A stretch of DNA of 64,000 nucleotides from assembly GCA_002269645.1 (NCBI GenBank), contig NIVC01000004.1:124001-188000 (forward strand), written 5' to 3'. The stretch comes from Macrostomum lignano (lineage: Eukaryota). Under the pieces are notes generated by a model. It was given only the letters and a program-made list of their open reading frames with translations. It was not told the DNA's origin and ran no database searches. Shown piece by piece: positions 1 through 13,544 of the stretch (position 1 is its first letter; each line of letters starts with the position of its first letter). The position numbers were made by a program, and so were the translations under genes.

Positions 1-68
1 CTGCGAAGCAGAAATAAATGACATGCACTGTTGGCGCTGTGCTCTCCTCATCAGTCTTGGGTTAGTGG

Positions 69-1340
69 ATTCTGAACTGCAAGCACGTTCTGAACTGCAA
101 GCACATTCGGAACTGCAGGCACATTCTGAACTGCAGGCACATTCTGTACTGCAAGCACATTCGGAACTGCAGGCACATTCTGTACTGCAAGCACATTCTG
201 TACTGCAAGCACATTCTGTACTGCAAGAACATTCGGAACTGCAAGCACATTCGGAACTGCAAGCACATTCGGAACTGCAAGCACATTCGGAACTGCAGGC
301 ACATTCGGAACTGCAGGCACATTCAGAACTGCAGGCACATTCGGAACTGCGAGCACATTCGGAACTGCAGGCACATTCAGAACTGCAGGCACATTCAGAA
401 CTGCAGGCACATTCAGAACTGCAGGCACATTCAGAACTGCGAGCACATTCGGAACTGCAGGCACATTCGGAACTGCAGGCACATTCTGTACTGCAAGCAC
501 ATTCGGAACTGCAAGCACATTCGGAACTGCAAGCACATTCGGAACTGCAAGCACATTCGGAACTGCAAGCCCATTCGGAACTGCAAGCCCATTCGGAACT
601 ACAAGTACATTCGGAACTGCAAGCACATTCTGTACTACAAGTACATTCGGAACTGCAAGCACATTCGGAACTGCAAGCACATTCGGAACTGCAAGCACAT
701 TCGGAACTGCAAGCACATTCGGAACAGCAAGCACATTCGGAACTGCAAGTACATTCGGAACTGCAAGCACATTCTGTACTGCAAGCACATTCTGTACTGC
801 AAGCACATTCGGAACTGCAGGCACATTCTGTACTGCAAGCACATTCGGAACTGCAGGCACATTCGGAACTGCAAGCACATTCTGAACTGCAGGCACATTC
901 GGAACTGCAGGCACATTCGGAACTGCAAGCACATTCGGAACTGCAAGCACATTCGGAACTGCAGGCACATTCTGTACTGCAAGCACATTCGGAACTGCAA
1001 GCACATTCGGAACTGCAAGCACATTCGGAACTGCAAGCACATTCGGAACAGCAAGCACATTCGGAACTGCAAGTACATTCGGAACTGCAAGCACATTCTG
1101 TACTGCAAGCACATTCTGTACTGCAAGCACATTCGGAACTGCAGGCACATTCTGTACTGCAAGCACATTCGGAACTGCAGGCACATTCGGAACTGCAAGC
1201 ACATTCTGAACTGCAGGCACATTCGGAACTGCAGGCACATTCGGAACTGCAAGCACATTCGGAACTGCAAGCACATTCGGAACTGCAGGCACATTCTGTA
1301 CTGCAAGCACATTCGGAACTGCAGGCACATTCGGAACTTA
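69..1340. repeat. 18-bp minisatellite (GCACATTCGGAACTGCAA variants)
   Basis: Direct tandem repetition; produces the 6-aa periodic ORFs (QAHSEL)n. Confidence 0.97.
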
Positions 1341-1944
1341 AGTTGTATTCTGTGCCGAAATTTGCAATGCATTCAATAAATCAGATTATGTTTCTGTCAA
1401 CAGAATAATTTAAAATATCCGGAAGAAACATAAACATAAACGGCCCATTAGACAAATTAATGCATGCAAAACCACAGCGTGCTACTGTCAGTAGTTCGAG
1501 CAATCAGTCCGAAATAGCACAGCACTGTTAGGCCTCCCAGTGAATGGGAGCAGCTGACTAACCTCAACCATTCCGGCTGAAAACGAGGGAGGGCGAAGAG
1601 TCGGAGTGGAAAATGCAATGAAATTCGCATTCGGGAGTCATATCGATTGCTGCGGCTTCCAAGGTGCAAGTTACTAAGCAGCGGTGCGTGGCTAACTATG
1701 GACTGGCGCGCATAAACACGATAAGCATTGGAACTGGCTGAGGTGGGGAGAGGCGTGCCCGAGACAAAAGAGAGAATCACAATAACTCTACACCGAAGCA
1801 ATGGCCACTTTTATTAGAAACTTTGCTGCAACAAAGCAATATCCAACTGCTGTAGGGTTGCCTTGCTTAAACAGAAAATTTTACTGTTGATCTGCGACAA
1901 CAGCGCGACTTTGTGCTACCAACTCTATCTGCAATATGCCACCC

Positions 1945-2555
1945 GCAGTGGCTCTCCGCTGCCCCCACTGACTGCCCCTTCAGGCTCTCCGCTGTCCCCA
2001 CTGACTGCTCCTTCAGGCTCTCCGCTGCCCCCACTGACTGCTCCTTCAGGCTCTCCGCTGCCCCACTGACTGCCCCTTCAGGCTCTCCGCTGCCCCCACT
2101 GACTGCCCCTTCAGGCTCTCCGCTGTCCCCACTGACTGCCCCTTCAGGCTCTCCGCTGCCCCCACTGACTGCCCCTTCAGGCTCTCCGCTGCCCCCACTG
2201 ACTGCCCCTTCAGGCTCTCCGCTGTCCCCACTGACTGCTCCTTCAGGCTCTCCGCTGCCCCCACTGACTGCTCCTTCAGGCTCTCCGCTGTCCCCACTGA
2301 CTGCCCCTTCAGGCTCTCCGCTGCCCCCACTGACTGCCCCTTCAGGCTCTCCGCTGCCCCCACTGACTGCCCCTTCAGGCTCTCCGCTGTCCCACTGACT
2401 GCCCCTTCAGGCTCTCCGCTGTCCCACTGACTTGCCCCTTCAGGCTCTCCGCTGTCCCACTGACTGCTCCTTCAGGCTCTCCGCTGTCCCACTGACTGCT
2501 CCTTCAGGCTCTCCGCTGTCCCCACTGACTGCTCCTTCAGGCTCTCCGCTGCCCT
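1945..2555. repeat. 33-bp minisatellite (GCTCTCCGCTGCCCCCACTGACTGCCCCTTCAG), probably in RhoGAP 3' UTR
   Basis: Tandem copies visible; lies between RhoGAP stop (2696) and a minus-strand AATAAA near 1810. Confidence 0.93.
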
Positions 2556-2695
2556 TTAAGACACCTAGCAGCAAATACATTTGAACCGAACAAAAACCCA
2601 GACGACATGCACACAACAGGAATATAATTAGACAGCCACGTCAAGGCCATCATATCCTGGAGCTGGCAGCCTTAATCTTAGCTGAGGGCCTACCT

Positions 2696-5600
2696 TCAAT
2701 TCTCACAACTGTCACTGCCATCATCCTCTGGAATGGTGTCTGGATCTGCTGGTTAGAGGAGCAAGCGATCAGGGCATGGCAGCAGAATTATTGAGAACTA
2801 AATCGCCTGCCATACTGAAGCTGTTAGTAATGTAAATTTTTATATGCAAAAGCGCTGAAGATGTTGAATAACTTGTTCTTTGAGGGGCTTGGCAGGTCAA
2901 GTTTGATCTTAGCTTAAAGAAAATTGTTAGCACTGGCGCTAGTAAATATAGCACATATACTATTAACCGTACATGGAATTTTAGTAAATTAGAAGTAAGC
3001 ACCTGTTAAGTTATTATAGTATCTGAGTCCATAGCAACGGAAGACCATTGGGTCAGGCCAGTTGCTATAGTATCTGAGTCCATAGCAACGGATGACCATT
3101 GGGTCAGGCCAGTTGCTATAGTATCTGAGTCCATGGCAACAGAAGACCACTGGGTCAGGTCAGCTATAAAACCCTGGAGATGCTCACCCTTCCTAACAGC
3201 CTGCCCGCCGCCGCCCGTGGTTCGAACCCTTCGCAGGCCGGAGCCGCCACCAGCGTCCAGAGCCTCGCCGCCGTCGCAATCAGCTTCGTCAACGTCGATA
3301 TCGTCGAAATCGACACCCTGCGGATCGAAGGCGCTCGGCGGCCGGCGCTGCTGCTGAAGCTGCTGGCGAGTCTGCCGATTGAACGAAGACGACGTCGAGG
3401 ACGCCTCGACGCGACTGTTCAGGCTGACGTGCAGGGCGGCGGTCATCAGGAACTGCCGATCTCCGCCACCGCCAACGCCGCCGCCACCACCGCTGTCGGG
3501 CGATTGCAGCTCGGCGCTAGCAAACTGCTCAGCGGGGCCGAACACCACCTCGGCGCTGTCGATCAGCGCCTTGGCCACCAGCTTCTGGTGCCCGTAGTCC
3601 AGCACCTCGCTGAGGCTGGCGGTGCCGCTGGCCGCCTGGGCCGCCTCCTGGCGCGGCCGCAGCACGGTGGGTGCGAACACCAGCGCCAGGTTCTGCGAGC
3701 TCATCTGGTTGTCGGCCTGTCGGTCGGCCACGCGGGCCAGGTGGTGGAACAGTGCGCCGGCCAGCTGGCGGTTGGCTCGCGGCAGCCTGGCGACCAGCGC
3801 GGACAGACGGGCGGGGTCGGCGCCGTCGCGGCCGGCCTCGATGAAGTCTGAGTACAGCTCGCCAGTGAGCAAGGCGTCTGGCAGCTGGAGCAGTCGGTGT
3901 TTGAGCAGGCCGCAGACGGTGTGCACAGACTCTGTCTGCAGCGTCAGCGCCGGCTCGTCTGTCGAGTCGCACTGGGCGGAGAGTTCGAGCACGCGGCGCT
4001 TGGAAGCCTGTGGAGATCGGAGGGGAAGCTGGGGTGGATTGCGTGTTGTGCTGCCTGCTGTGCTGTCTGCTGTGTGCTGTGCTGTCTGCTGCCTGCTATG
4101 CTGTCTGCTGTGTGCTGTGCTGTCTGCTGTGTGTTGTGCTCTCTGCTGTGTTGTGCTCTCTGCTGTGTTGTGCTGTCTGCTGTGTGTTGTGCTCTCTGCT
4201 GTGTTGTGCTCTCTGCTGTGTTGTGCTGTCTGCTGTGTGTTGTGCTCTCTGCTGTGTTGTGCTCTCTGCTGTGTTGTGCTGTCTGCTGTGTGTTGTGCTC
4301 TCTGCTGTGTTGTGCTCTCTGCTGTGTTGTGCTGTCTGCTGTGTGTTGTGCTCTCTGCTGTGTTGTGCTCTCTGCTGTGTTGTGCTGTCTGCTGTGTGTT
4401 GTGCTGCCTGCTGTGTTGTGCTCTCTGCTGTGTGTTGTGCTGCCTGCTGTGTTGTGCTCTCTGCTGTCTTGTGCTCTCTGCTGTGTGTTGTGCTGCCTGC
4501 TGTGTTGTGCTCTCTGCTGTGTGTTGTGCTGCCTGCTGTATTGTGCTGTCTACTGTGTGTTGTGCTCTCTGCTGTGTGTTGTACTCTCTGCTGTGTTGTG
4601 CTCTCTGCTGTGTGTTGTACTCTCTGCTGTGTTGTGCTCTCTGCTGTGTGTTGTGCTCTCTGCTGTGTTGTGCTGTCTGCTGTGGGTTGTGCTGTCTGCT
4701 ATGTGTTGTGCTCTCTGCTGTGGGTTGTGCTGTCTGCTATGTGTTGTGCTCTCTGCTGTGGGTTGTGCTGTCTGCTATGTGTTGTGCTCTCTGCTGTGTG
4801 TTGTGCTGTCTGCTGTGTGTTATTCTCTCTGCTGTGTTGTGCTGTCTCTCGCAACCTAGACGGATATAAAAACGCCGTTTCCGCTACCTCCGTGGTGAAA
4901 TTTGAAGTCCCAAGCTGATTGCAATACGCCCCAGCAACGCACCTGCACTCGATAGACGCCGCTGATGGTCAGGCCGGCGCCTTCGGATTCGATAGCTTCG
5001 ATGCAGCGGCTCACCACTGCCGCGTGCTTGGCAACCTGCCTGGCCAGCATCAGCTGATGGTGATGGTGCTGGTGCTGATGCTGAGACTCGGAGCCCAGCA
5101 GATGTCCGGTGCTGGCCGGCTTCTTGAACAGGGTCTGGCGTTTGTCGCGAAACTGCAGCAGAGAGCTGGCGGTGTCGCGGGTGCTGCACCAGATGCGAGT
5201 GGCCAGACCCAGCTTGCTAGTGGCGGTAGCTGTCGAAGTCGACGTCGCGTAGGCGGCCGCGGTGGCAGTGGCGGTGGCCACGCAGACGGTCTCGCCGGCC
5301 GAGGACTCCTCGTCGTCCTCTTCTATTTCGTCCTCGCAGCAGGCGCCGGCCAGGTCGCAGACGTCAGCGGTGAACAGTGTTCCGGGATAGTGTTCCCCGG
5401 AGCCGCGACTCTCCTTCCGGGACGGCGGGCCGGAGGAGCCGCCGCCGACGCCGAACTCCTCGAAGGTGAACCGCGGCGGCGGATCGTCAGAGTCCAGGCT
5501 GATGCAGGTGCGCACAAACTCGCGGAACTTGCTGCCTGGCCGATAGTTCTGGTGGCTGGTGCGGCTGAGACTGCGCAGCTCCTGCGGTGCGAATGAATGA

Positions 5601-8600
5601 TGAATTTCTAACCCAGTGAGCTCAGCACGCCTGTGTAGTATGAGACAGACTTGGCCCACAAGGCCCGCGATGCTCTCAATCAGTGGCCTTGGCTTCTGTC
5701 TTGGCCGTGTTGGGTACGGATTCTACCCGGAAGTGAACTCGTGCGTATCAAGTGTATGCGGCCTCCCTATCTCTCAAGGGCCCAGTGTAGCACTGTGCTG
5801 ATAGACCTTTGGCTGGGCTCTCAGCTGGGGAGCTTCTTGGTTAGGCCGCCTCCCCCCCCCGGTCGCTGTGGGGTTGTTGGCTGTTGGGTTTGCGGTTACG
5901 GCGCAGCGGTCTCTCACCTCCCGCCCGCTGCACCTGGAGGCCTGGAGAAAGGCCAGTTAAGTGCCGACTCAAGAGCCCATAGACAGCGCTAGCCATGCCG
6001 GTCCTGTCGGCCGGTGGCATCTCATCAAAACTCTATTGCCGGCAAAGTTTTCCAGACTTAACTGCAGCAGACATGGCATTGCTAAGCAGTAAAGTAGCTG
6101 TTGGTTTTTTGCAACGGGAGTAGCGGAACACGAAAGAGAAAGCAGGGGAGCAGACGGGCCCCGGCCCAGGGCTCTCAGTTCGCCCACTTGATTGACTCAT
6201 AAAGGAGACAAATTAGTCAGAAAGAGCCCACACGAAAAGGAGTAATTCCCAGGGAAGGAAGGGGAGAAAAGAGGGGGATAGGGCTCACCTTTGTCTCCCA
6301 CTCGCCGTGGATAGAGAAGCAATTTCGGCCCCAATGGCTAGCAAAATAAAGATTGATCAGCAAAGACAGTAAGCGGAGCTGCTACTGAGCTGGCGAAGCG
6401 GAGGCTGGGCAGAGCAAGCGATAGGGCTGGCGTGGGAGGAAGCGAGCTCGGGACACCTCTGCAGGGGCGAGCCAGACGGAAATTAACTCTGCGAGAGCAG
6501 CTGTCAGCCTGTAAATTAAGCGGGCACCGCCCCATCCCTCAGTGAGAAAAACACGGAGGAATCCACCTGTGCCCCCCGCACACACCTGATTGTTGCTTTC
6601 CTTGGCCCGAGCGTAGCACTCGAAAAAGCCGCATGTGGCCGCTATGAAGCACTGGTCACCGCGCTCAATCAGCTCGCGGACTGAGCGCAGAATCTCCAGC
6701 TTCTTCTTCTCTCGCTGCTCCGTGACGCCGTTCAGCTCTTCGATGCAGCGCTGATAGGCCCGCCTGGCTGCCTCCCGCCTGGCCACGCTGTCCTCCTCCA
6801 GCTTCTTCTTGCGCACCAGCTTGGCTTCGTGCTTTGGGTCTCCGCGCAGCTGCGGCGGCCCGCCGCTCCCGCCGCCTGCGCTTGATCCGCCCGAGCCGCC
6901 GGTGCCTCCGCCGCCTTCAAGGCTGGTGGAAGCGACGAGCACCAGGCTGGTGGACTTAGTGTTGGTTTGCACGTACTCGGAGTGGGCCCGCTCCACCTGG
7001 CATTGGTTGGGGAACCAGCGGTGCAATGCACTTAACCTGCATAATAACTGCTCCTGCCTGAGGTTGCAGCACGGAGCAGAATTCTCACTGCAAACAAATA
7101 TACGATTCAGTGCACGGCCATTCATTTGGGGCTTGTGCCGCATTCACCTGGGGCTTGTGCCGCATTCATTTGGGGCTTGTGCCGCATTCACCTGGGGCTT
7201 GTGCCGCATTCACCTGGGGCTTGTGCCGCATTCATTTGGGGCTTGTGCCGCATTCACCTGGGGCTTGTGCCGCATTCATTTGGGGCTTGTGCCGCATTCA
7301 CCTGGGGCTTGTGCCGCATTGACCTGGGGCTTGTGCCGCATTCACCTGGGGCTTGTGCCGCATTCACCTGGGGCTTGTGCCGCATTCACCTAGGGCTTGT
7401 GCCACATTCACCTAGGGCTTGTCCCGCATTCACCTGGGGCTTGTGCCGCATTCACCTAGGGCTTGTGCCGCATTCATCTGGGGCTTGTGCCGCATTCACC
7501 TGGGGCTTGTGCCGCTTTCACCTAGGGCTTGTGCCGCATTCATTTGGGGCTTGTGCCGCATTCACCTGGGGCTTGTGCCGCATTCATTTGGGGCTTGTGC
7601 CGCATTCACCTGGGGCTTGTGCCGCATTCATTTGGGGCTTGTGCCGCATTCACCTGGGGCTTGTGCCGCATTCATTTGGGGCTTGTGCCGCATTCACCTG
7701 GGGCTTGTGTCGCATTCACCTGGGGCTTGTGCCACATTCACCTGGGGCTTGTGCCACATTCACCTGGGGCTTGTGCCGCATTCACCTGGGGCTTGTGCCG
7801 CATTCACCTGGGGCTTGTGCACGAAAATTGTGGCGGAGTGTAACAGTGCGATTCAACACCCACGAAGGCAAACACCCCCAAAGCACAGAAAGTGCACATG
7901 CCCGACGATTAGAAAGTCAGGGCCGATGTACACCGTGTGTGTGAGTGCGGTGTGTGCATGTGTACGGTATGTGTGTGCATGTGCTGAGGAGTCACTGGAA
8001 TTGGCAGAATTGCCTCACTGCTAGAAGTGGGACGATTTCGCCGAAGGCGTTACACCAGGGTGCCTATGCCGGAGTAGCAGAATCAGTAAACAGCAGGAAA
8101 GGCTGGAGACTGTGCTCAGAGCATGCCTGTAGCAAAAATAGTGGCACCCCGCTCTTCTAAGCTATGAGCGGCCAAATATTTTACTAAATGAAAAATTCCG
8201 GGTGCGCAAGCAACAGCAGCATCCGCTGCCAAGCCCGTGTATCAAAGCGGGTTCACCCGCTGCTCCTGCTCGAACTGCGCCACTTCCTGCCCGCCCGCTT
8301 CAGCTCCCGGCATTTTGCCTCATGCATGCAAAGGGTCTCATTTTTTTTTCAATCCCCTACAACGATAAGTGTAGCGAAGTTGGAAACTGCGAGAGACAAA
8401 CCCGGACAAGACCGGCTGGCATCTGCTTGCTGCCGCAGTGCTTACTGCTAAACATATCATCGATAATAATTGTATAGCTTAAGTCATTTTCAAGAGCTAC
8501 CGCAAATCAGAGCGACATTCGGCCTGTGAGGAGGCGAGTGCGTCACACGCTCCCACAGGGTGTACAACCTCCAGGACAATTCAACGCCAGCTCTCACCTC

Positions 8601-9843
8601 GGCGCAGCGCTGGTAATAGGCCTGCCTGGCCTGCTCCATCGCCTGCAGCGACTTGCGCCACAGCCGGACAGCGGCGGCCCAGTCGGCCTTCAGCCGCTTC
8701 CTGGCAGCCTCGTGCTCCTTGACCCGCGAGCGCAGCGCCTCGTGCACGATCTGCGGCACGCTGGCCCGGAATATCTGCTCGGAGGACTGGCAGTCTTGCT
8801 GGATGATGGCAGCGCCAGCCATGTAGTAGGACTGCAGCGGCAGGCTGCTGGAGGCCTCGGACCGCAGCACCTGCATGAACTGGCCCACCGTGTCGCCCAT
8901 GCGCTGGTGGTACTCCACGGACAGGGCGCACATCTTCTCTACCGAGTTGGCCACGTCTCGGACGTAGTCGGCCCACTGCTTGGCGCGTCTGGACAGAGCA
9001 GGTTTGAGAATCGATTGTGGCCGTAGCTTTGCTGCCCTCTGGACGGGCTAATGAGATGGCTAGTGTATTGTTATAGGGCTCAATAGGAATTGCTTGGCTG
9101 GCCAACGACTCAGTGGGAATTGCTCAGATGACCAAGGGCTCAAGGAGAATCACTCAGATGACCAAGGGCTCAAGGAGAATCGCTCAGATGACCAAGGGCT
9201 CAAGGAGAATCGCTCAGATGACCAAGGGCTCAAGGAGAATCACTCAGATAACCAAGGGCTCAAGGAGAATCACTCAAATGACCAAGGGCTCAAGGAGAAT
9301 CACTCAGACGATCAAGGGCTCAAGGAGAATCACTCAAATGACCAAGGGCTCAAGGAGAATCACTCAAATGATCAAGGGCTCAAGGAGAATCACTCAGACG
9401 ATCAAGGGCTCAAGGAGAATCACTCAAATGACCAAGGGCTCAAGGAGAATCACTCAGATGATCAAAGGCTCAAGGAGAATCACTCAAATAACCAAGGGTT
9501 TCTGTGGGACAGATATTTGGGGCATTCGGGGGCAACTGTAGCACTCGGATAATTAAATAGAAACTCACTTGAAGGCGTTCTCCAGGCAGCCCTCCTTCAT
9601 GGCGAACTGCTGGTCGATCTCGTCAGCAGCCGCACCGTCTGTCTCAGGGATCGCCGAGGCGGCGGCGGCAGCGGCAGCTGCGGCAGCAGCAGCGGCAGCG
9701 GCGGCGGTCGAGGCGTCTTCGGAAGCGGCAGTCGGGGGCGCAGGTGAGGAGCCACCGCTCGGCAGTGACTGGAACAGGGATTGAAAAAACTTGGCTGAAT
9801 CCCAGGTGTGGTGCCGGCGCTTGGCGCCCTGACTGTTCGGCAT
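2696..9843 (-). CDS. F-BAR + RhoGAP protein, ARHGAP29/ARHGAP45(HMHA1)/GMIP family, multi-exon, 5' end uncertain
   Basis: Phase-consistent GT-AG exons: ~9843(or 9828)-9569, 8988-8598, 6996-6586, 5581-4943, 4007-3188, 2745-2696. Joined sequence gives EGCLENAFK|RAKQWADYVRD (F-BAR start), NYRPGSKFREFVR, RCIEAIE..GVYRVQ|ASKRRVLEL (arginine finger), NQMSSQNLALVFAPTVLRP. Possible extra upstream exon 10037-9990 (MISGSADCPASQ). Confidence 0.88.
3012..3160. repeat. ~51-bp tandem repeat x3 in last RhoGAP intron
   Basis: GTTGCTATAGTATCTGAGTCCATAGCAACGG... repeated. Confidence 0.85.
4043..4845. repeat. TG/CT-rich degenerate minisatellite in the intron splitting the RhoGAP domain
   Basis: TGTGTTGTGCTCTCTGC-type units; Cys/Leu/Val ORFs are artefacts. 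Confidence 0.93.
7118..7820. repeat. 22-bp intronic minisatellite (CATTCACCTGGGGCTTGTGCCG)
   Basis: Direct tandem repetition. Confidence 0.96.
9115..9497. repeat. 30-bp intronic minisatellite (CACTCAGATGACCAAGGGCTCAAGGAGAAT)
   Basis: Direct tandem repetition. Confidence 0.96.
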
Positions 9844-10239
9844 GCTGCGGCACTAACTGCGGTTGCTACCGAGTTGCTAAGGCCGAATACGGTAGATGCG
9901 CTCCGGAGTCCCAACCTGACTAAGGTGGGCGGAGAAGAATTCCAGCTACTTAACTAAACAAGGCGGAGGCGCCGGGCCAGTTTTCTCACCTGGCTAGCAG
10001 GACAGTCTGCACTGCCGCTGATCATTTGCGACCCGGCCTGAGCCAATCAGCGAGTGCCGGTGAGGCGCTGAGATGAGACCAATGGGGCAATGAAGCATGA
10101 GCCCAAAACACACCGGTGGGGTTTGTTGGTTCGTGGAGAATTAGAAATAGGAGACAAAGGCGGCGGGCCTGACAGAGCCAGCAGGAAGAGGTACATTAAA
10201 ATTAATCACTAAGAGTAAGGTACACGTGAACTGTGGCGA

Positions 10240-10650
10240 CCCAACCCCCCAAGGATCTGGGAGGGTGGCGACCCAACCCTCGAGGATCTGGGAGGGTGGC
10301 GTCATAACACCTGAGGATCTGGGGGAATGGCGGCCCTACCCCTGAGGATCTGAGAGGGTGACGGTCCAACCCCTGAAGATCTGAGAGGGTGTTGTCAAAA
10401 CACCTAAGGATCTGGGAGGGTTGCGGCTAAACCCCTGAGGATCTGAAGGGTGGCCCAGCTTGAGGATCTGAAGGGTGGCCCAGCCTGAGGATCTGAAGGG
10501 TGGACCAGTCTGAGGATCTGAAGGGTGGCCCAGCTTGAGGATCTGAAGGGTGGCCCAGTCTGAGGATCTGAAGGGTGGCCCAGTCTGAGGATCTGAAGGA
10601 TGGCCCAGTCTGAGGGTCTGAGCGGTGGCGATCCAACCCCTGACGATCTG
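10240..10650. repeat. degenerate 25-31-bp minisatellite (TGAGGATCTGAAGGGTGGCCCAG core)
   Basis: Repeated GAGGATCTG core. Confidence 0.88.
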
Positions 10651-11611
10651 GCTGGGAGATGACTGTCATAACTCACAGATGACTCACAGATGACTCACAG
10701 GCTTAAATATAATCAACAGACAGTCAAAGATGAGATCAATATAACACAACAGGCACCCGAAGTAATGAACAGCGCATTGCAAGATTCCAACATGTGTGCA
10801 GAATTCTACCTGGCCCAGCGCACCTTCCGGCCCTGTCCTTGGCCACTTGGCCGCTCATTACGAATAGCTGTTGCGCACAAGAAAAGCTGCGAGGGCATGC
10901 AAAACATGAGGCACTGGGGGGGGGGTGATTCTGCGGACAGGCAGACCGGGTGAAGCCGGAGAGCTGGGCAGGCATTTAGAATTTACATAAAACCGCAAAT
11001 TGCATTGCAGAAGCCAGAAATTGCGCCTGCCGCTCAGACAGAAATAGTACATAAACACTGAATAGCATATTAATGAATTCAGGCTCTTAACTTTACAAAT
11101 ATCAACCAACTGGCGGGTCCTCTAGAAACCAGCGCTGCTCAACTCTAATACCACTCAATTCCGGGAATTATACAAGTATACCGTAGCACGAATCTTCCAT
11201 TCTAATGAAATGAACGAACAGAACACGGCAGATTCTTGCTACTCACTACTGACCAGCAGTAGGGTGAAGACAGTAAACTGAGTCTCTCACCATTTTGGTC
11301 AGCTTGCGGTTGACAGTCAGGCGCAATCTGGGCAGAGCGGCAGTCAGCGGCACCGCATCAGCAGACTCTGCGCTTGGCTATTGAATTCTCCGGATGACAG
11401 CGCGCACCACGTCAGCTCTTGAAGAAGATTTGTCTCTTGAAGAAGAAACAGAAATCCGAAAGGCGGAAGAACTGAAAAACCGTTTAGCATAGACTTTTAA
11501 GCATTAATAAATTGATGACAAATATAAAACTGATTCATAAAGCAGCATTGTAATCGTAGAATACATTTAATTTTAAACACTATAAGTCGTGAACACTAAA
11601 AACAAAAAAAC

Positions 11612-12065
11612 AGCTCAACAAGGACTTGTCAACAGCTGAACAAGGATTTGGAGAGTCGGCAGCTGAACAAAGACTTGGAGAGTCGGCAGCTGAACAAGGA
11701 TTTGGAAAGTCGGCAGCTGAACAAGGACTTGGAGAGTCGGCATCTGAACAAAGACTTGGAGAGTCGGCAGCTGAACAAAGACTTGGAGAGTCGGCAGCTG
11801 AACAAGGATTTGGAAAGTCGGCAGCTGAACAAGGACTTGGAGAGTCGGCATCTGAACAAAGACTTGGAGAGTCGGCAGCTGAACAAGGACTTGGAGAGTC
11901 GGCAGCTGAACAAGGATTTGGAGAGTCGGCAGCTGAACAAGGATTTGGAGAGTCGGCAGCTGAACAAGGACTTGGAGAGTCGGCAGCTGAACAAAGACTT
12001 GGAGAGTCGGCAGCTGAACAAGGATTTGGAGAGTCAGCAGCTGAGCAAAGCACTTAGCAGCTGAA
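11612..12065. repeat. 30-bp minisatellite (GGAGAGTCGGCAGCTGAACAAGGACTT core)
   Basis: Direct tandem repetition; 10-aa periodic ORFs in all frames. Confidence 0.95.
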
Positions 12066-13194
12066 CAGAACATCAAGTTTGAACGCTTATCACTTCGCCG
12101 CAACAGATCATTAAACTTACATAAAGTATAAGAAGCTAGCCGATAAGTACGGACGCGTGTGAATAAACTACAGTAGCATAAGTACTGGCATACCTTAATT
12201 TATGGAAAGTCCAAAAAGTGGTGTGAAGCTCGTATAAAGCCAGCAAGTGATTTCTTACCTATTGGTTTTTGATAAACAGAGCTTTACAACGAATAGGTAA
12301 TAACTTTATGCCTCACAGGAACACATCTAGGCAAAGCTAGAGCGGCAAGGACGGGGAGAAAGGCGGACGAGAGGGACTGAAGTAGCTGGCCAACAAATAG
12401 CAGACAGGCGCTGGTATGTTTCAGTTCAAGAGACTCCATTTAACTGCCGATGAATCCCATTGGTAGAGGGCCTTCTTCCCAGCCTGGACGAAGGAAAGAA
12501 GTAAGCGCAAGAAGCCTCTCTGATTGCTGCACCGGACCCCCAAGCAGCAGCGCCTTCCCAACCAGACCAGAGAAGGCGAAGCGAAGGCCCGGCAAAGCTC
12601 GCGCGCACTAAATCGCACTTTGCTTAACTTGCGGCCAGTTCTCAGACATGCCAAATCGGCTCTTCTGCCAATTGTGTTTGGTAATCAGTTATTTTCGAAC
12701 GGCTCCCATGTTCCAGGATGAGATTTGGGAAACCATAATATGCACAAGAGCAAGTGGGAAGGCTTGGGTGAAACCTTCATCTATGCTTTTATATGAGCCA
12801 TCAAATAAAATCTGCTGTCTTCAGCTTCGATGCCTTTCAAATCTCCATTAAATCGAAGGGAAAGGAGCCGGACGGGCGCCGCCACACCCCCAGGCCGGGC
12901 TATTTTTAGCTCAGGACATTGGCAAGAAAGGTCCCGGTGGGATAGAGCGGACACAGAAAGAACAGGCCTAACACTCGTAAACAAGTGGCAAGAAAAAAAC
13001 GAGGACTAGATGAGGAGACAAGTTCGAAACAAACGGCAGTGCAGCGCGCAAAGTGCAAACTACTTTTCGGCTTGAGGGTGGGCGGCAGACGGAAGGGCAT
13101 CGCAAGCACCCGCCTGGTGGCGGCAGCCAGTGGGATTCGGAAGAGCTGACTGAAAAAATCCCTGCCCTGGCCCTCCCCCCCCCCCATCATACGA

Positions 13195-13260
13195 GTGTAT
13201 CCTCATTTCTAAGCCAATAGCTCCGCCCTTTGCAATCGCCAATTACATCGGCATCTTTTG
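13195..13260. promoter_or_regulatory. possible promoter elements (two CCAAT, one GC-box-like CTCCGCCC)
   Basis: AGCCAATAGCTCCGCCC...GCCAAT between the divergently oriented RhoGAP and SGTA genes; motif match only. Confidence 0.3.
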
Positions 13261-13544
13261 CAAGAAATCGCAGCACAAAGCCTTCCTCTTCCTCTCCCCC
13301 AGACAAGCGCCCAGTCTCCGTGTGAGCGCAGAAGTAGCGGGTGGGGGCGGGCGAAATGCCAGCCAGCCTGACCGTCCCAGCCGCCAGCCTGAAGGCAAAA
13401 GCAAAAGCACTGAGAGGAAAAGTCCGCTGCCCCCGCCTATGCCGGTGTTCACTAAGCTGCTGCCCCATGCAGATGTCGGCATTTTTGCATGCAGGATTTG
13501 TAGAGCGTGCAGGTAAACTGGGTTGGAGAGAACAAATCATTAGC

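Noticed and set aside
23-1408. 461-aa and antisense 425-aa ORFs of (QAHSEL)n type
   Set aside because: Open in several frames on both strands because the 18-bp unit lacks stops; no unique domain or splice support
3622-4918. Cys-rich ORFs resembling metallothionein or keratin-associated proteins
   Set aside because: Antisense translation of a TG-rich intronic minisatellite within the RhoGAP gene
7118-12065. Regular 22-30-bp repeats as possible CRISPR arrays
   Set aside because: Head-to-tail units with no unique spacers, no cas genes, eukaryotic spliced context
10790-12660. Further upstream RhoGAP exons near 10810-10915, 11290-11450 and 12420-12600
   Set aside because: Donor-like sites exist but no consistent reading frame or recognisable homology could be established by eye
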